Shown in pieces: positions 29,205 to 40,019 of a stretch of DNA of 64,000 bases (position 1 is its first letter; each line of letters opens with the position of its first letter). The stretch is from positions 231-64,230 of the forward strand of contig CASFWA010000001.1 of the NCBI GenBank assembly GCA_949298405.1, given 5' to 3'. Position numbers and translations under genes: made by a program. A model generated the notes under the pieces. That model worked only from the letters and a program-made list of their open reading frames with translations. It made no database searches and was not told the origin of the DNA. Origin of the DNA: an uncultured Pseudomonadota bacterium (lineage in GTDB: Bacteria; Pseudomonadota; Alphaproteobacteria; Rs-D84).

Positions 29205-29855
29205 ATGGCATCTATTTTGGAAAGAAATAAAGACGTTAAACCAAAGAAAAAAACTCGCGAAGAATACGCAGAAGACGCACTGTACCGCGAAGTCTGGGAA
29301 GAAGTTAATAATGAAAAGACTCAGGCCTTTATAAAAAAATATTCAAAATATTTAATTGCAGGCGCGTTGGGAATTCTTATAATCGCAACCGCCATACAAA
29401 TCGGCGTCAGAACACACCGCAGTAATAAAATCGCGGTTGCTACAAATTATGAAACCGCAGTAGAAAATTTAGACGCTAATGCTTTGGCGGCACTGGCTGA
29501 TAACACTTCTGGCGCAACCGCTGATTTAGCATTATTTCAATCTTATATGTTGGATAACGATGTAGCAAAATTAGAAAAACTGGCAAACGATGGACACACA
29601 CGCGATTTTCGTGACTTGGCTAAAATCCACATGATAAGCATTAAAGGCGATAATATGTCTGCACAAGAAGTTGAAGAATATCTTGAACCTTTAAACACAA
29701 AAAATTCGCCTTTTTATTATAACAGTCGTTTACTTGTTGCAAAAAAGTATCTAAGTGTAGGTGACGAAGAAAATGCAAATAAATGGTTGGACAAAATCAT
29801 AAACGATAAAGAGACACCAAGTTTGATTTCTGCTGATGCACAAGCATTAAAATAA
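29205..29855 (+). CDS. YfgM-like single-pass membrane protein (UPF0070)
   Basis: Cytoplasmic N-terminus, one TM helix and a helical periplasmic domain; sits immediately upstream of a bamB-like gene and near der (conserved yfgM-bamB-der order). Confidence 0.45.
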   Translation: MASILERNKDVKPKKKTREEYAEDALYREVWEEVNNEKTQAFIKKYSKYLIAGALGILIIATAIQIGVRTHRSNKIAVATNYETAVENLDANALAALADNTSGATADLALFQSYMLDNDVAKLEKLANDGHTRDFRDLAKIHMISIKGDNMSAQEVEEYLEPLNTKNSPFYYNSRLLVAKKYLSVGDEENANKWLDKIINDKETPSLISADAQALK

Positions 29856-29865
29856 GGAACTTATC

Positions 29866-30594
29866 ATGCGAAAAACCGCCGCAATAATTACCTGTCTTGC
29901 TCTTCTTAGCGCATGTTCTGAACATGACCCTATTCTGCCAGGAACACGTACCGCGATTTTTGAAGGAGAAAATCTAAATATCTTAAATCAAGACATTCCT
30001 GATTTACCAGAAAATATAACAGAAGCCACAAAAGCAGATTGTCCGTACACGCAAGATTCTTCAAACGTTATCTGGAAAGGAGACAGAAAAATATTCAGCG
30101 GTTTTCCTACAAGTAATTCTGTAAAAAGCAATCAAACACCTGTATGCAGCGGAAAATATGTTTATGCAGGACTTACAACCGGGGAACTAGTAAAAGTAAA
30201 CCCTGCAAATAAAAACATTGTTTGGATTGCAGACATTTATCGCGCAAGCAATATGACAGGTGGTGCTTCTATCTTGGATATAATAGCACCAATTGTTATA
30301 CAAGATGGTTCTGTCTATGTTGGTGGTCTAGGTGACGCTTATTGTCGCATAACTGCTTCTTCGGGCAGCAAAAAGTGGTGCCTGCCTATTGGGGTTGCAG
30401 TACCATTTATAACAACAGAAAAAGTAAGTTTTGTTGTTGCAACAGATAACTACTTATATGCAATTAGAAATTCTGATGGGGCGGTTTATTGGCGCACAGA
30501 GATAAAAAAACAATCTGAACCAACTTATCAAGACAAAATAATAACTGTTGGCAAACAAAAGATAAATGCAGAAACAGGTGAAGAATTAAAATAA
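29866..30594 (+). CDS. bamB: BamB-like PQQ-repeat beta-propeller lipoprotein (short, 242 aa)
   Basis: Lipobox LALLSAC and WxxD/YAxxxDG-type blade repeats; about 60 percent the length of canonical BamB. Confidence 0.5.
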   Translation: MRKTAAIITCLALLSACSEHDPILPGTRTAIFEGENLNILNQDIPDLPENITEATKADCPYTQDSSNVIWKGDRKIFSGFPTSNSVKSNQTPVCSGKYVYAGLTTGELVKVNPANKNIVWIADIYRASNMTGGASILDIIAPIVIQDGSVYVGGLGDAYCRITASSGSKKWCLPIGVAVPFITTEKVSFVVATDNYLYAIRNSDGAVYWRTEIKKQSEPTYQDKIITVGKQKINAETGEELK

Positions 30595-30597
30595 AAA

Positions 30598-30624
30598 AAT
30601 CCCTTTCAAAAGGGATTTTTTTAG
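30598..30624. terminator. Terminator hairpin AAATCCCTTT-CAAA-AGGGATTTTTTT
   Basis: Stem plus long T-run after the bamB-like gene. Confidence 0.65.
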
Positions 30625-30636
30625 ATTCTTTATTGC

Positions 30637-31230
30637 TTATAGCAAACATGCCAATGTAGCACTGGTATTCTTTAACATAAACCAACCTATATGGTAATCT
30701 GTTGCATATACAGTTGCCAAGAACAATGCCAAAATACCGATAACTATAATAACATTTACTTTCTTACCACGCATGCAATACAACGCAATATTATAGAACA
30801 AGAACAATACATACACATCAACCAATAAACTTATAATCCACATTGATGTACAATTAAACGCCAGCGCATTTAATACCAATATTACAGGATATATAAAGAA
30901 TACTGATGCAAGTCCTTTAATCGCAATTTCCCAGTCTCTTTCACCACCTGTAATTTCAGATACCAGCATCAACAATCCGCCCATGACGAACAATAATGCA
31001 ACCGCCAGAACAGGCACAATAATAATCGCTGTAAATACCGCGCTGATTGTAATTGTTGCCCCACCAATTAAGCGTAATAACAAAACCAAAACACCACCGA
31101 TAAGACCATATATAAAGGCCTTTAACATGGATTCTTCCATATTACCGTCAGCAACAATTTTTGTAAAATAGCGCTTTGGATTAATTAATATATCTTTTAT
31201 ATGCTTAAACGCTTTTTTTATTTTTTTCAT
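30637..31230 (-). CDS. Polytopic integral membrane protein (Yip1-like), hypothetical
   Basis: Five predicted hydrophobic helices; no catalytic motifs. Confidence 0.45.
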   Translation of the reverse strand: MKKIKKAFKHIKDILINPKRYFTKIVADGNMEESMLKAFIYGLIGGVLVLLLRLIGGATITISAVFTAIIIVPVLAVALLFVMGGLLMLVSEITGGERDWEIAIKGLASVFFIYPVILVLNALAFNCTSMWIISLLVDVYVLFLFYNIALYCMRGKKVNVIIVIGILALFLATVYATDYHIGWFMLKNTSATLACLL

Positions 31231-31260
31231 ATTACCGCCTCTATTTGATTATTTATATTT

Positions 31261-32628
31261 TTGCTTTATAATAAAAAAAAATCAATGGAAAAAGTAATGT
31301 TTAAAGTGACTATTGCAGGACGACCAAACACAGGTAAGTCCACTTTATTTAACGGTTTAACAGGCACACGTGATGCCCTTGTTCATGACAGACCGGGTGT
31401 CACCCGTGATACCATCGGTGGCACTATGCGCGACCGCCCATACCAAGTTTTCGATACCGCAGGATTGGAAAACGCAAAAACTGGTATCGCTTCGGATTCA
31501 ACTAATATGGCAATCGCATCTATAATGAATTCTGACGCAGTTCTATTCGTCGTAGACGGACGCACAGGCCTTACAAATGAAGATCTTGACTGGGCGCGTC
31601 TGGTGCGCAGAAAAACAAAAGCACCTGTTCTATTGCTGGTTAATAAAGCAGAATCAGAAAAACGCTTATCTAATGTTCATGATTTCTATAAACTGGGTTT
31701 CGGTGAGCCTATTATGATTTCCGCAGAACATAAGCGCGGATTCGATGAAATTTATGACTTCTTGGATAAAATTGCAGGTGATACCGTTAAAACAACAGAA
31801 GAAACTGCACCACAGCAAAAACTAAAAATTGCGGTACTGGGGCAGCCTAATGTTGGAAAATCTACGCTAGTGAACAAAGTACTTGGTGAAAAAAGACAAA
31901 TCGTTATAGACGCACCAGGTATTACACGCGATACAGTAAAAATACCAACTAACTTTTATGGTCGTGACATAATTTTGATGGATACTGCTGGACTACGCAG
32001 AAAAGCTGGTGTAAAGGACGATGTTGAAACGCTATCCGCTTTAAAATCTTTGGACGCGATAGAAAAAGCAGACGTTGTTATTCTGGTAGTAGACGCAACA
32101 AAGAACATAGAAAATCAAGCATTGGGTATCGCTGCGCGCGTTTATGATGCAGGTAAAATATTATGTGTTGCTTTAAACAAGTGGGACCTGATAGACCAAG
32201 CAGAACGTGATGAAAAGTTATTAAAATTAAAACATCAATTTACTAATTCTTTTCATCAGATTATAAAACCTATGATATTAGCAATCTCTGCTGAAACAGG
32301 TACAGGGGTTCAAAACTTATTCCGCCGAATATATGAGCAGTGGGATATATCTAATAGTGACGCACCAACAAGTTTGATTAATAGAATACTTGAAAAGTTG
32401 ATTGAATCACGTCAACCACCTATGTCCAGATTAAAGCGACCAATGAAAATAAAGTTCGCTCGTCAGACAGGGCGTCACCCTATGAAAATCACAATTAATG
32501 TGGGTGGTGCATCTGATATACCGGAATCTTATACAAGATATTTACGTCGTGGTTTAGCAGAAGCATTAAAATGGGAACACCTACCTATTGTAATTGAATA
32601 CAAAAAAGACGATAATCCATTTGATTGA
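31261..32628 (+). CDS. der: Ribosome-biogenesis GTPase Der (EngA), tandem G domains + KH-like C-terminus
   Basis: Two P-loops (GRPNTGKSTLFN; GQPNVGKSTLVN), DTAG motifs and NKxD. Confidence 0.9.
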   Translation: MLYNKKKSMEKVMFKVTIAGRPNTGKSTLFNGLTGTRDALVHDRPGVTRDTIGGTMRDRPYQVFDTAGLENAKTGIASDSTNMAIASIMNSDAVLFVVDGRTGLTNEDLDWARLVRRKTKAPVLLLVNKAESEKRLSNVHDFYKLGFGEPIMISAEHKRGFDEIYDFLDKIAGDTVKTTEETAPQQKLKIAVLGQPNVGKSTLVNKVLGEKRQIVIDAPGITRDTVKIPTNFYGRDIILMDTAGLRRKAGVKDDVETLSALKSLDAIEKADVVILVVDATKNIENQALGIAARVYDAGKILCVALNKWDLIDQAERDEKLLKLKHQFTNSFHQIIKPMILAISAETGTGVQNLFRRIYEQWDISNSDAPTSLINRILEKLIESRQPPMSRLKRPMKIKFARQTGRHPMKITINVGGASDIPESYTRYLRRGLAEALKWEHLPIVIEYKKDDNPFD

Positions 32629-32699
32629 TAAATAACATTATCAATCTGTACCGACATAGTAAGCGACCTGTATTCAAACGCAGGTCGTTTTTTTATAAA

Positions 32700-32728
32700 A
32701 AAGACCGCCCAAAAATGGGCGGTTTGTT
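32700..32728. terminator. Terminator hairpin GACCGCCCA-AAAA-TGGGCGGT
   Basis: Between convergent der (+) and infB (-). Confidence 0.6.
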
Positions 32729-32742
32729 GTTTCTGTTGTATA

Positions 32743-35151
32743 TTACAATTGTGCGCGAACTTCTTGAACTTCATAACATTCAACGCGATCGCCTTCTTTT
32801 AAGTCATTGTACTTATCAAAAGACATACCGAATTCAACGCCTGCGCCAGATACTTCTTTTACTTCGTTCTTTTCACGACGTAATTCACCGATCTTACCGT
32901 CATAAATAACAACATTATTACGCAGCAAGCGAACAAAAGCGTCTTTCTTTATAACACCTTCTGAAACACGGCAACCAGCAACGCGGATACCCTTGCCTAC
33001 TGTGAACAAAGCAATAACATCTGCGTAACCAATAAAGTTTTCTTTTCTTTCTGGCGCAAGTTTACCAGATAAGATTTCTTTTATTTCATCCGTTATGCGA
33101 TATACAACACTGTGATAACGTATATCAACCCCATTCGCGCGCGCCATATCACGAACCATGCTATCTGCACGTACATTAAATGCAATTATAACTGCACCAG
33201 AAGCAGACGCTAAACGTATATCTCCTTCGGTAATCTGACCTACACCAGAAGACAATACCTCTACCCCTACTTTATCTGTGTTGATTTCTTTCAACATATC
33301 TGTAATTGCTTCAACACTACCCTGTACATCTGCGCGCAAAACAATTGGCAATATTAACTTCTTGTTTTCATCGCGTTTCGCAAACAATTCTTCTAATGAA
33401 GAACGTTTAACCGCATTTGCCTTATCTTTTGCCTTCTGGACACGGTATGCAGCAACTTCACGTGCCTGCGCTTCTGTTTCCATAACATGCAAATCATCAC
33501 CGGCACTAGGGACAGAATTTAATCCCAATACCACCGCAGGTTGTCCCGGTTTTACAGACTTTACACGTTCACCATTCGAATTTATTAACCCGCGAACGCG
33601 CCCATATGTTTCACCAGCAACAAATACATCACCGATAGATAAAGTACCCTGACGCATTAAAATCGTTGCAACTGCACCAAGACCTTTTTCCATTTTTGCT
33701 TCAACAACATATGCAACCGCAGGCATATCTGCGTCCGCTTTTAAATCCATAAGCTCAGCTTGTAATAAGATAGCCTCTTCTAACTTATCTAACCCTATAT
33801 GCTTAGTTGCAGAAATTTCAACGCACTGAACATCACCGCCCATTTCTTCAACCTGCACTTCTTGCTGCAACAAGTCCATTTTTACACGTTGTGGATTTGC
33901 TTCTGGCAAGTCTATTTTATTTATAGCAACAATGAAAGGCACTTTTGCTGCACGAATATGATTAATTGCCTCTATCGTCTGCGGCATAATAGAGTCATTC
34001 GCTGCAACAACCAAAACAACGATATCTGCCATTTGCGCACCACGTGCACGCATAGCAGTAAATGTTTCATGCCCCGGTGTATCCAAAAACGTAATCATCT
34101 GACCTGATTTAGATTTAACTTCGTACGCAGAAACATGCTGTGTAATGCCACCCGCTTCGCGTGCGGCAACATTTGCATGACGAAAAGCATCCAACAACGA
34201 AGTCTTACCATGGTCAACATGCCCCACGACAGTCACAACTGGTGCACGATGTACTAAATTATCTGGGTTTGGTTGGCGTTCCAACTGTTCGGCATAAGGC
34301 TTTACATCAACACGCTTTACTTTTGCACCAAACTCACTTGCAATAAGTTCTGCGGTATCAGCATCAATTGACTGGTTCTGAGATGCCATCATACCCATTT
34401 CCATCAATTTCTTGATAACATTCCCAACCTTTTCTGCCATCGCAGCGGCCAAATCTTTTACGGTTATTGTATCACCCAATGTGACAACATGTTCCACCTT
34501 CTGCGGTGCAGAAAATACTGCACGCGCCTTTTCACGAAACCGTTTTAATGATGCTTCTGAACGACGACGATTTGCACCACGCAATCCGATTTCGTCTTCA
34601 TCGTCACCATCACCAATTACAATGTCATGTAAAGATATTTTCCCAGATTTCTTAAAGTCTTTTTTAGAGTTATTAAACTTTGATGGGCGCATTTCTTCGT
34701 CATCACGCGCAAACTTATTTCTGGAATTAACCTGCTGCTGATTTTCAGATTGATTAAAATGCTTCTTTTGTGCAGGTGCAGAATTCTGAACAGGCGCAAC
34801 CTTTTCTTCTTCTTGCACAGTGGCAACATTTTCACGTGCAGCAAGTTGTTCTTTTACCTGTTCATATTCACGATTTTCACGCGCAATTTCTGCTTCACGA
34901 GCCGCACGCTGTGCTTCTTCTTCAGCCTCGCGCTTTTTACGTTCTTCTTCACGCGCACGCGCTGCTTCTAATACCGCACGCAACTTTTCATCTGCTGCAT
35001 TACGAGGCGCAACCGGTTTTTCCGGTTCTTCGCGCAATTCTTTGCTGCCTGGTGCAACAACGCGACGGCGACGTTCTACAAATACTGCATCGCCCTTTTT
35101 GCTTTGTACCGCATCTATCGTTACTGATTTTCCAAGTGTTAATGTTGCCAT
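32743..35151 (-). CDS. infB: Translation initiation factor IF-2
   Basis: G-domain ([25 protein letters not shown]) with a charged E/R/K-rich N-terminal region; 802 aa. Confidence 0.92.
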   Translation of the reverse strand: MATLTLGKSVTIDAVQSKKGDAVFVERRRRVVAPGSKELREEPEKPVAPRNAADEKLRAVLEAARAREEERKKREAEEEAQRAAREAEIARENREYEQVKEQLAARENVATVQEEEKVAPVQNSAPAQKKHFNQSENQQQVNSRNKFARDDEEMRPSKFNNSKKDFKKSGKISLHDIVIGDGDDEDEIGLRGANRRRSEASLKRFREKARAVFSAPQKVEHVVTLGDTITVKDLAAAMAEKVGNVIKKLMEMGMMASQNQSIDADTAELIASEFGAKVKRVDVKPYAEQLERQPNPDNLVHRAPVVTVVGHVDHGKTSLLDAFRHANVAAREAGGITQHVSAYEVKSKSGQMITFLDTPGHETFTAMRARGAQMADIVVLVVAANDSIMPQTIEAINHIRAAKVPFIVAINKIDLPEANPQRVKMDLLQQEVQVEEMGGDVQCVEISATKHIGLDKLEEAILLQAELMDLKADADMPAVAYVVEAKMEKGLGAVATILMRQGTLSIGDVFVAGETYGRVRGLINSNGERVKSVKPGQPAVVLGLNSVPSAGDDLHVMETEAQAREVAAYRVQKAKDKANAVKRSSLEELFAKRDENKKLILPIVLRADVQGSVEAITDMLKEINTDKVGVEVLSSGVGQITEGDIRLASASGAVIIAFNVRADSMVRDMARANGVDIRYHSVVYRITDEIKEILSGKLAPERKENFIGYADVIALFTVGKGIRVAGCRVSEGVIKKDAFVRLLRNNVVIYDGKIGELRREKNEVKEVSGAGVEFGMSFDKYNDLKEGDRVECYEVQEVRAQL

Positions 35152-35201
35152 ATTCCAACCTTTGTATGTTCCGCGGAATATCCCGCGGATTCAAACCTTT
35201 T

Positions 35202-36740
35202 TTATTCTTCACCCTGCGTTATACCATAAGCCAATTCACGTGCCTTCATGATGACACGACCTGCTAAACGCGCACTCATAGTATCTTCACCCAAGATTTC
35301 TACCAATTCATCCGTAGACAAATCTGCCAAATCTTCTAATGACTTAATACCTGCATTACCTAACTGCATTATTATAGGACGCTTGATGAAGTCAAAATTC
35401 AACAAATCATCTGACATACCTAATTTATGACCTTCGTCCTTATAATCCTGTTCTTGCTTTTTTAAGTACGCTTTTGCACGATTCTGCAATTCTGTTGCCA
35501 GTTCTGCATTAAAGCCTTCGATGCTTTCTAATTCACTTACATCAACAAAAGCAATTTCTTCGATTGTTCTGAAACCTTCTGTTATCAATAAATGAGCCAA
35601 CATTTCATCAACGTCCAGCCCACGGATGAACAATTCTGTTTTTTCTTTTACTTCTTTTGCACGTTTTTCTTGTTCTTCGGCTTCATTCATAACATCAATC
35701 TTCCAACCTGTTAACTGGGACGCCAAACGAACGTTCTGACCACGACGACCAATTGCCAAAGATTGCTGGTCTTCGTTTACAACAATCGCTGCGCTACGCG
35801 TATCTTCATCAACAATAATCTTTGCTACTTTCGCAGGTTGCATAGCATTGACGATAAATACTGCTGGGTCTTCTGAATACAAGATAACATCAATTTTTTC
35901 ACCATGACATTCGTTTATCACAGGTTGAATTCTTGTACCCTTAATACCAACCGTCATACCTACTGCGTCAATAGATGGGTCTTGTGTTTCAACTGCTATT
36001 TTCGCATGACTACCTGGTGCACGTGCAACAGATTTAATTTTGATTATCCCTTCATAAATTTCTGGAACTTCTTGTACAAATAATTTTTCCATAAACATAG
36101 GATGTGTACGAGTCAAGAAAATCTGCGGACCAGAATTAGAACGCGCAACATCCATAATCAAAGCACGAACACGATCGCCAACTGCTAAACGTTCCCCAGG
36201 GATTAGTTCTGTACCCTTGATATAGCCTTCTGCCTTGCCATTAATATCAACAAATACATTCCCGAATTCAATACGTTTTACAACACCACTTACAATGTCA
36301 CCGATATTATCTTTGAATTCTTCATATTGACGCCCTTTTTCTGCATCACGAACGCGGGCAGTCATAATCTGACGCGCTGTCTGAAATGCCATACGCCCAA
36401 ATTCCGGTTCTGGTAATGGGTCTTCTACAACATCGCCAACAACAGGATTCTTTGAATACTTTTTGGCCTGAGCAACCGTCAACATTGTGTTTGCATCGTA
36501 TTCTTCACCCTTTGATTCTGGTGATTCAATGACTTCAAATAAACGTTTTACATGTATTGCACCATTCTTACGGTCAATTTCGGCAGTAATCTTAAACTCT
36601 TCACCGTATTTATGCTTTGCTATTTTTGCGATTGCCGCTTCTAGTGATTCAATAACTATATCACGGTCAATCTGCTTTTCCTGTGCCAATGAATCAATCG
36701 CCAGTAATAAATCTTGACGAGGCATAGAAACAAAAGACAT
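35202..36740 (-). CDS. nusA: Transcription termination/antitermination factor NusA
   Basis: S1 and KH domains, C-terminal acidic repeats and a position upstream of infB. Confidence 0.9.
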   Translation of the reverse strand: MSFVSMPRQDLLLAIDSLAQEKQIDRDIVIESLEAAIAKIAKHKYGEEFKITAEIDRKNGAIHVKRLFEVIESPESKGEEYDANTMLTVAQAKKYSKNPVVGDVVEDPLPEPEFGRMAFQTARQIMTARVRDAEKGRQYEEFKDNIGDIVSGVVKRIEFGNVFVDINGKAEGYIKGTELIPGERLAVGDRVRALIMDVARSNSGPQIFLTRTHPMFMEKLFVQEVPEIYEGIIKIKSVARAPGSHAKIAVETQDPSIDAVGMTVGIKGTRIQPVINECHGEKIDVILYSEDPAVFIVNAMQPAKVAKIIVDEDTRSAAIVVNEDQQSLAIGRRGQNVRLASQLTGWKIDVMNEAEEQEKRAKEVKEKTELFIRGLDVDEMLAHLLITEGFRTIEEIAFVDVSELESIEGFNAELATELQNRAKAYLKKQEQDYKDEGHKLGMSDDLLNFDFIKRPIIMQLGNAGIKSLEDLADLSTDELVEILGEDTMSARLAGRVIMKARELAYGITQGEE

Positions 36741-36771
36741 TTGCTTTCTCCTTGTTTATATCTTTTACCGA

Positions 36772-36802
36772 AAGGGCGGGGTCTTTCAACCCCGCCCTTA
36801 AA
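36772..36802 (-). promoter_or_regulatory. Stable GC hairpin (AAGGGCGGGG-N8-CCCCGCCCTT) in nusA 5' leader region; not a canonical terminator on either strand
   Basis: 10-bp perfect stem 30 nt upstream of the nusA start; no 3' U-run in the minus-strand transcript. Confidence 0.4.
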
Positions 36803-36943
36803 AAAACTTTTAAGAACATACATATTATTAACATCGAATCGATTAAATTGCAAGAAATTTCTATGTTTTCTAAGAAATATTAATACTTTTTTAATTAAAT
36901 ATATTTGACGGTACCTATTTTGGGCTTTATACTGCAAAATATG

Positions 36944-37999
36944 AAAATACTGGATAAATATTTTACCAAGCAATTAGTTACCATATTTATTATGCTATTG
37001 CTGGTCTTAACAGGGCTTGCATGGATGGTTCAAATCATGTCCATGATGAAATTCTTGTTAAATTATGGTATCGAATTAACCAGTTTCTTGGGGCTTACAG
37101 TCCTGATGGTTCCTTTTATTGTTTCTATTATCGTGCCTTTTGTGACATTTATCGCGGTCATTTTCGTTTATAACAAGTTAATATCAGATAATGAAATAAC
37201 TGTTATGGCCGCATCTGGGCTTTCTCCTAACCAAATAGCAAAACCCGCACTAATTGTTGCAACTATATTGGCAGTTTTACACCTGTGCCTTAATTTATGG
37301 ATTGTTCCTTCGACACAGGCAAAGTTTTATAGCACACAATGGAATTTAAGATATGGTTTAGCACATATGAAACTGCAAGAAGCGGCCTTTACACAACTTG
37401 CAGATGGACTTGTCGTATATGTTGATAAAGTTTCAGGTCACGATTTATCACAAGTTATGTTATCTGATATGCGTGATGAAAAATCCCCTATTACCATTTT
37501 TGCAGAAAAAGGAAAACTTGTTTCTACTGTGCGTGGTCTATCCATTGTTATGACTAATGGGGCTTTGCAAACTAATGGTGACACAATGACCACTGGTACA
37601 TTTGATAGTTTTGATATGGATTTAAATGTTGCAGACAAAGAAGGCGACTCTGTTTTTAAAGTTCGAAGAATTCCTACAAATACTCTGATTAAAACTATTT
37701 TGGATTCACCATCAGAAAAACAGCATAAAATGGTTCTGGCAGAATTAAGCACTCGTTTCTTGGCACCACTGATGAATATAATTCTGGCTGCGCTTTGTAC
37801 CGTTATATTGCTTAGAACTTCTTTATTGCGCCGTCGGGCCAGTATGGCGCCTGCATTAGCAGTTGCTGCAATGGCAGTCACAATGTCTTTGTTTATGTCT
37901 GCGTCAAACATTATTGGCAGCCTGACCGCATTCGGTTTATTAACACTAACCTTGTTTATTGCATTAGGTGGAATTTTGTTTATATTATTTAAGAAATGA
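36944..37999 (+). CDS. lptF: LPS export permease, LptF/LptG (YjgP/YjgQ) family
   Basis: N-terminal KILDKYFTKQL motif, six TM helices with a large periplasmic loop; upstream of lptD. Confidence 0.7.
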   Translation, partial: KILDKYFTKQLVTIFIMLLLVLTGLAWMVQIMSMMKFLLNYGIELTSFLGLTVLMVPFIVSIIVPFVTFIAVIFVYNKLISDNEITVMAASGLSPNQIAKPALIVATILAVLHLCLNLWIVPSTQAKFYSTQWNLRYGLAHMKLQEAAFTQLADGLVVYVDKVSGHDLSQVMLSDMRDEKSPITIFAEKGKLVSTVRGLSIVMTNGALQTNGDTMTTGTFDSFDMDLNVADKEGDSVFKVRRIPTNTLIKTILDSPSEKQHKMVLAELSTRFLAPLMNIILAALCTVILLRTSLLRRRASMAPALAVAAMAVTMSLFMSASNIIGSLTAFGLLTLTLFIALGGILFILFKK

Positions 38000-40008
38000 A
38001 AAAAATCATCCCATCTTTGCTATTCTGTATGATGTTTTGCCGCGCATACGCGGCATCTATTGACGTTGATACACCAAAAACTATTACAGCAGAAAAAATT
38101 GAATACGATGTAAAGTCAGAAACAATAAAAACATCTGGTGAAACAGAAATAGTTAATGCTTCTGGTCAACGTATGACACTTACAGATTCTTATTTATCTA
38201 AAGACGGTTCTAGTTTATCAGGTGACGATATAAAACTATGGTTAGGTAATCACGTATATATAGAATCTGACAATATCACCCGTGAAGGCGATGAAACCGT
38301 TGCGCTTAAAGCGACATTTACCGCTTGTGACAACTGCGATGCTTATGGTGATGCTTGGAAGATTTCTACACGCAAAATAGTGCATGATATGGAATCACGA
38401 ATGTTGCGTTTTTATAACCCTGTTCTTTGGACATACAATATCCCTGTGTTCTGGTTGCCTTTCTTTGAAATGCCAGACCCAGGAATTAAACACAAAACAG
38501 GATTCTTAACCCCAGATTTTGAATCGACCAACAATATGGGCACACAGATAAATATTCCTTTTTATATTTCTATATCTGATACCCATGATATGACAATTAC
38601 AACGTCTTACCTTACGCAAGAAAACCCATTATTTCAGGTAGAGCATAGATTAAATATGCCTCATTCTGAATATAGAACAAGTGGTGCTTTTACTCGTAAT
38701 AAAGAAGGCGAAAACCGCTGGTATATTTTTAATAATGACGTTATAGAACTTGGTGAATATGCACGTGCAACAGTTTTCTTAGAAAGAGCATCAGATAAAA
38801 CTTTCCTACAAAAATACGGGTTCTATGATGACCAACCATACTTAGATTCTGGTGCAACACTAGAACTTTTTGGGCAATCTGGATATGTTGTTGCAGATGC
38901 TCATATATTCCAGGAATTACGTAGTACTTCTGGTTTCTATTCTGCACCAACTGGTAATATTTTACCTAATATACGTGGCGTTTATCAAACTGCGCCGATA
39001 TATAAAGAAACTTATGCAACTTTTAGCGCGGACGTTCTTGGTATTGTCGGGTCTACAACCTCTTCTCAGCGACTGAGTGGTGACGCAAGAATTGTGTCGC
39101 CTTGGACAATATGGGGCGGGAATAGAATTACTGCAAGTTTATCCACTAGATACGATGTTTATAATTTCGATAATACAGAAATGATTAATAAACAAACTTT
39201 TTCTGGCCTAAAAAATCGCTTCTTGCCAAGCGGATATCTTGAATGGGGGTTGCCTTTATTTAAACCAACAGATACTTGGACACAAGTAATAGAACCAAAA
39301 GCCAGATTAACTGTTATGCGCCATTTGGATGAAGACCAATTCGCTTTAAATAACGATTCCGCAGGTGCTTTTTTATCTGATACTACCCTATTCTCTGATA
39401 ATCGTTTTGCTGGTCTAGACTTATGGGAAAACGGTACTTATGCAGACTATGGTGTGCGTTGGGCTGCATTCAATCAAGATGGACAAAATTTTGAATTATT
39501 CTTAGGTCAAACTTACGACTTCAAAGATCGCGAATCAACTGACCCAAATAGTGGTTTTCATAATGGTGCATCTGATTATGTCGGACGTATTGAATACAAT
39601 AATATGAAATGGCTTGATGTAACCAGCCGTTTTAGACTGTCTGAAACAGATTTATCTTTGCGCCATGTAGAAACAACTGGTGTTATAGGTAATTCTCGCA
39701 ATTTTATAAATATAGGTCATATATGGTCACAGCAATTCATAGATGCGTATACAGAAGACGACAGCATAAATGAAATGACCGCGGGATTTGGTTTGCAATT
39801 AACCAATCGTTGGTCTTTACGTTTCAATGCAATATATAATATGACTTACGGACAGTTCCAAAGACATACAGGCGGTTTGTTCTATACTCACCCTTGCTAT
39901 TATTTATCTGTTGAATATCGCCACGATAACGCAATAAAAGATGACTATGTCGGGACAACTACATTCCAATTCAGATTTGGAATGAGCATTGATGGTCAAC
40001 GCTATTAA
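37996..40008 (+). CDS. lptD: LPS-assembly outer membrane protein LptD (OstA)
   Basis: Signal peptide, N-terminal OstA-like domain and the conserved LPFF/PYY...TGFLTP...IPFYISISDTHDMTITTSY blocks; C-terminal beta-barrel. Confidence 0.8.
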   Translation: MKKIIPSLLFCMMFCRAYAASIDVDTPKTITAEKIEYDVKSETIKTSGETEIVNASGQRMTLTDSYLSKDGSSLSGDDIKLWLGNHVYIESDNITREGDETVALKATFTACDNCDAYGDAWKISTRKIVHDMESRMLRFYNPVLWTYNIPVFWLPFFEMPDPGIKHKTGFLTPDFESTNNMGTQINIPFYISISDTHDMTITTSYLTQENPLFQVEHRLNMPHSEYRTSGAFTRNKEGENRWYIFNNDVIELGEYARATVFLERASDKTFLQKYGFYDDQPYLDSGATLELFGQSGYVVADAHIFQELRSTSGFYSAPTGNILPNIRGVYQTAPIYKETYATFSADVLGIVGSTTSSQRLSGDARIVSPWTIWGGNRITASLSTRYDVYNFDNTEMINKQTFSGLKNRFLPSGYLEWGLPLFKPTDTWTQVIEPKARLTVMRHLDEDQFALNNDSAGAFLSDTTLFSDNRFAGLDLWENGTYADYGVRWAAFNQDGQNFELFLGQTYDFKDRESTDPNSGFHNGASDYVGRIEYNNMKWLDVTSRFRLSETDLSLRHVETTGVIGNSRNFINIGHIWSQQFIDAYTEDDSINEMTAGFGLQLTNRWSLRFNAIYNMTYGQFQRHTGGLFYTHPCYYLSVEYRHDNAIKDDYVGTTTFQFRFGMSIDGQRY

Positions 40009-40019
40009 AGGAAAGAGAG

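Noticed and set aside
33278-35267. Multiple plus-strand ORFs (for example 34770-35267, 34820-35251) antisense to infB
   Set aside because: They lie inside the highly conserved infB coding sequence on the opposite strand. Their translations are repetitive low-complexity artefacts of the charged infB N-terminal region.
36656-36973. 105-aa minus-strand ORF upstream of nusA considered as rimP
   Set aside because: Far shorter than RimP, basic low-complexity sequence, overlaps the nusA start and the lptF/G start region. Likely a spurious ORF in a divergent promoter region.
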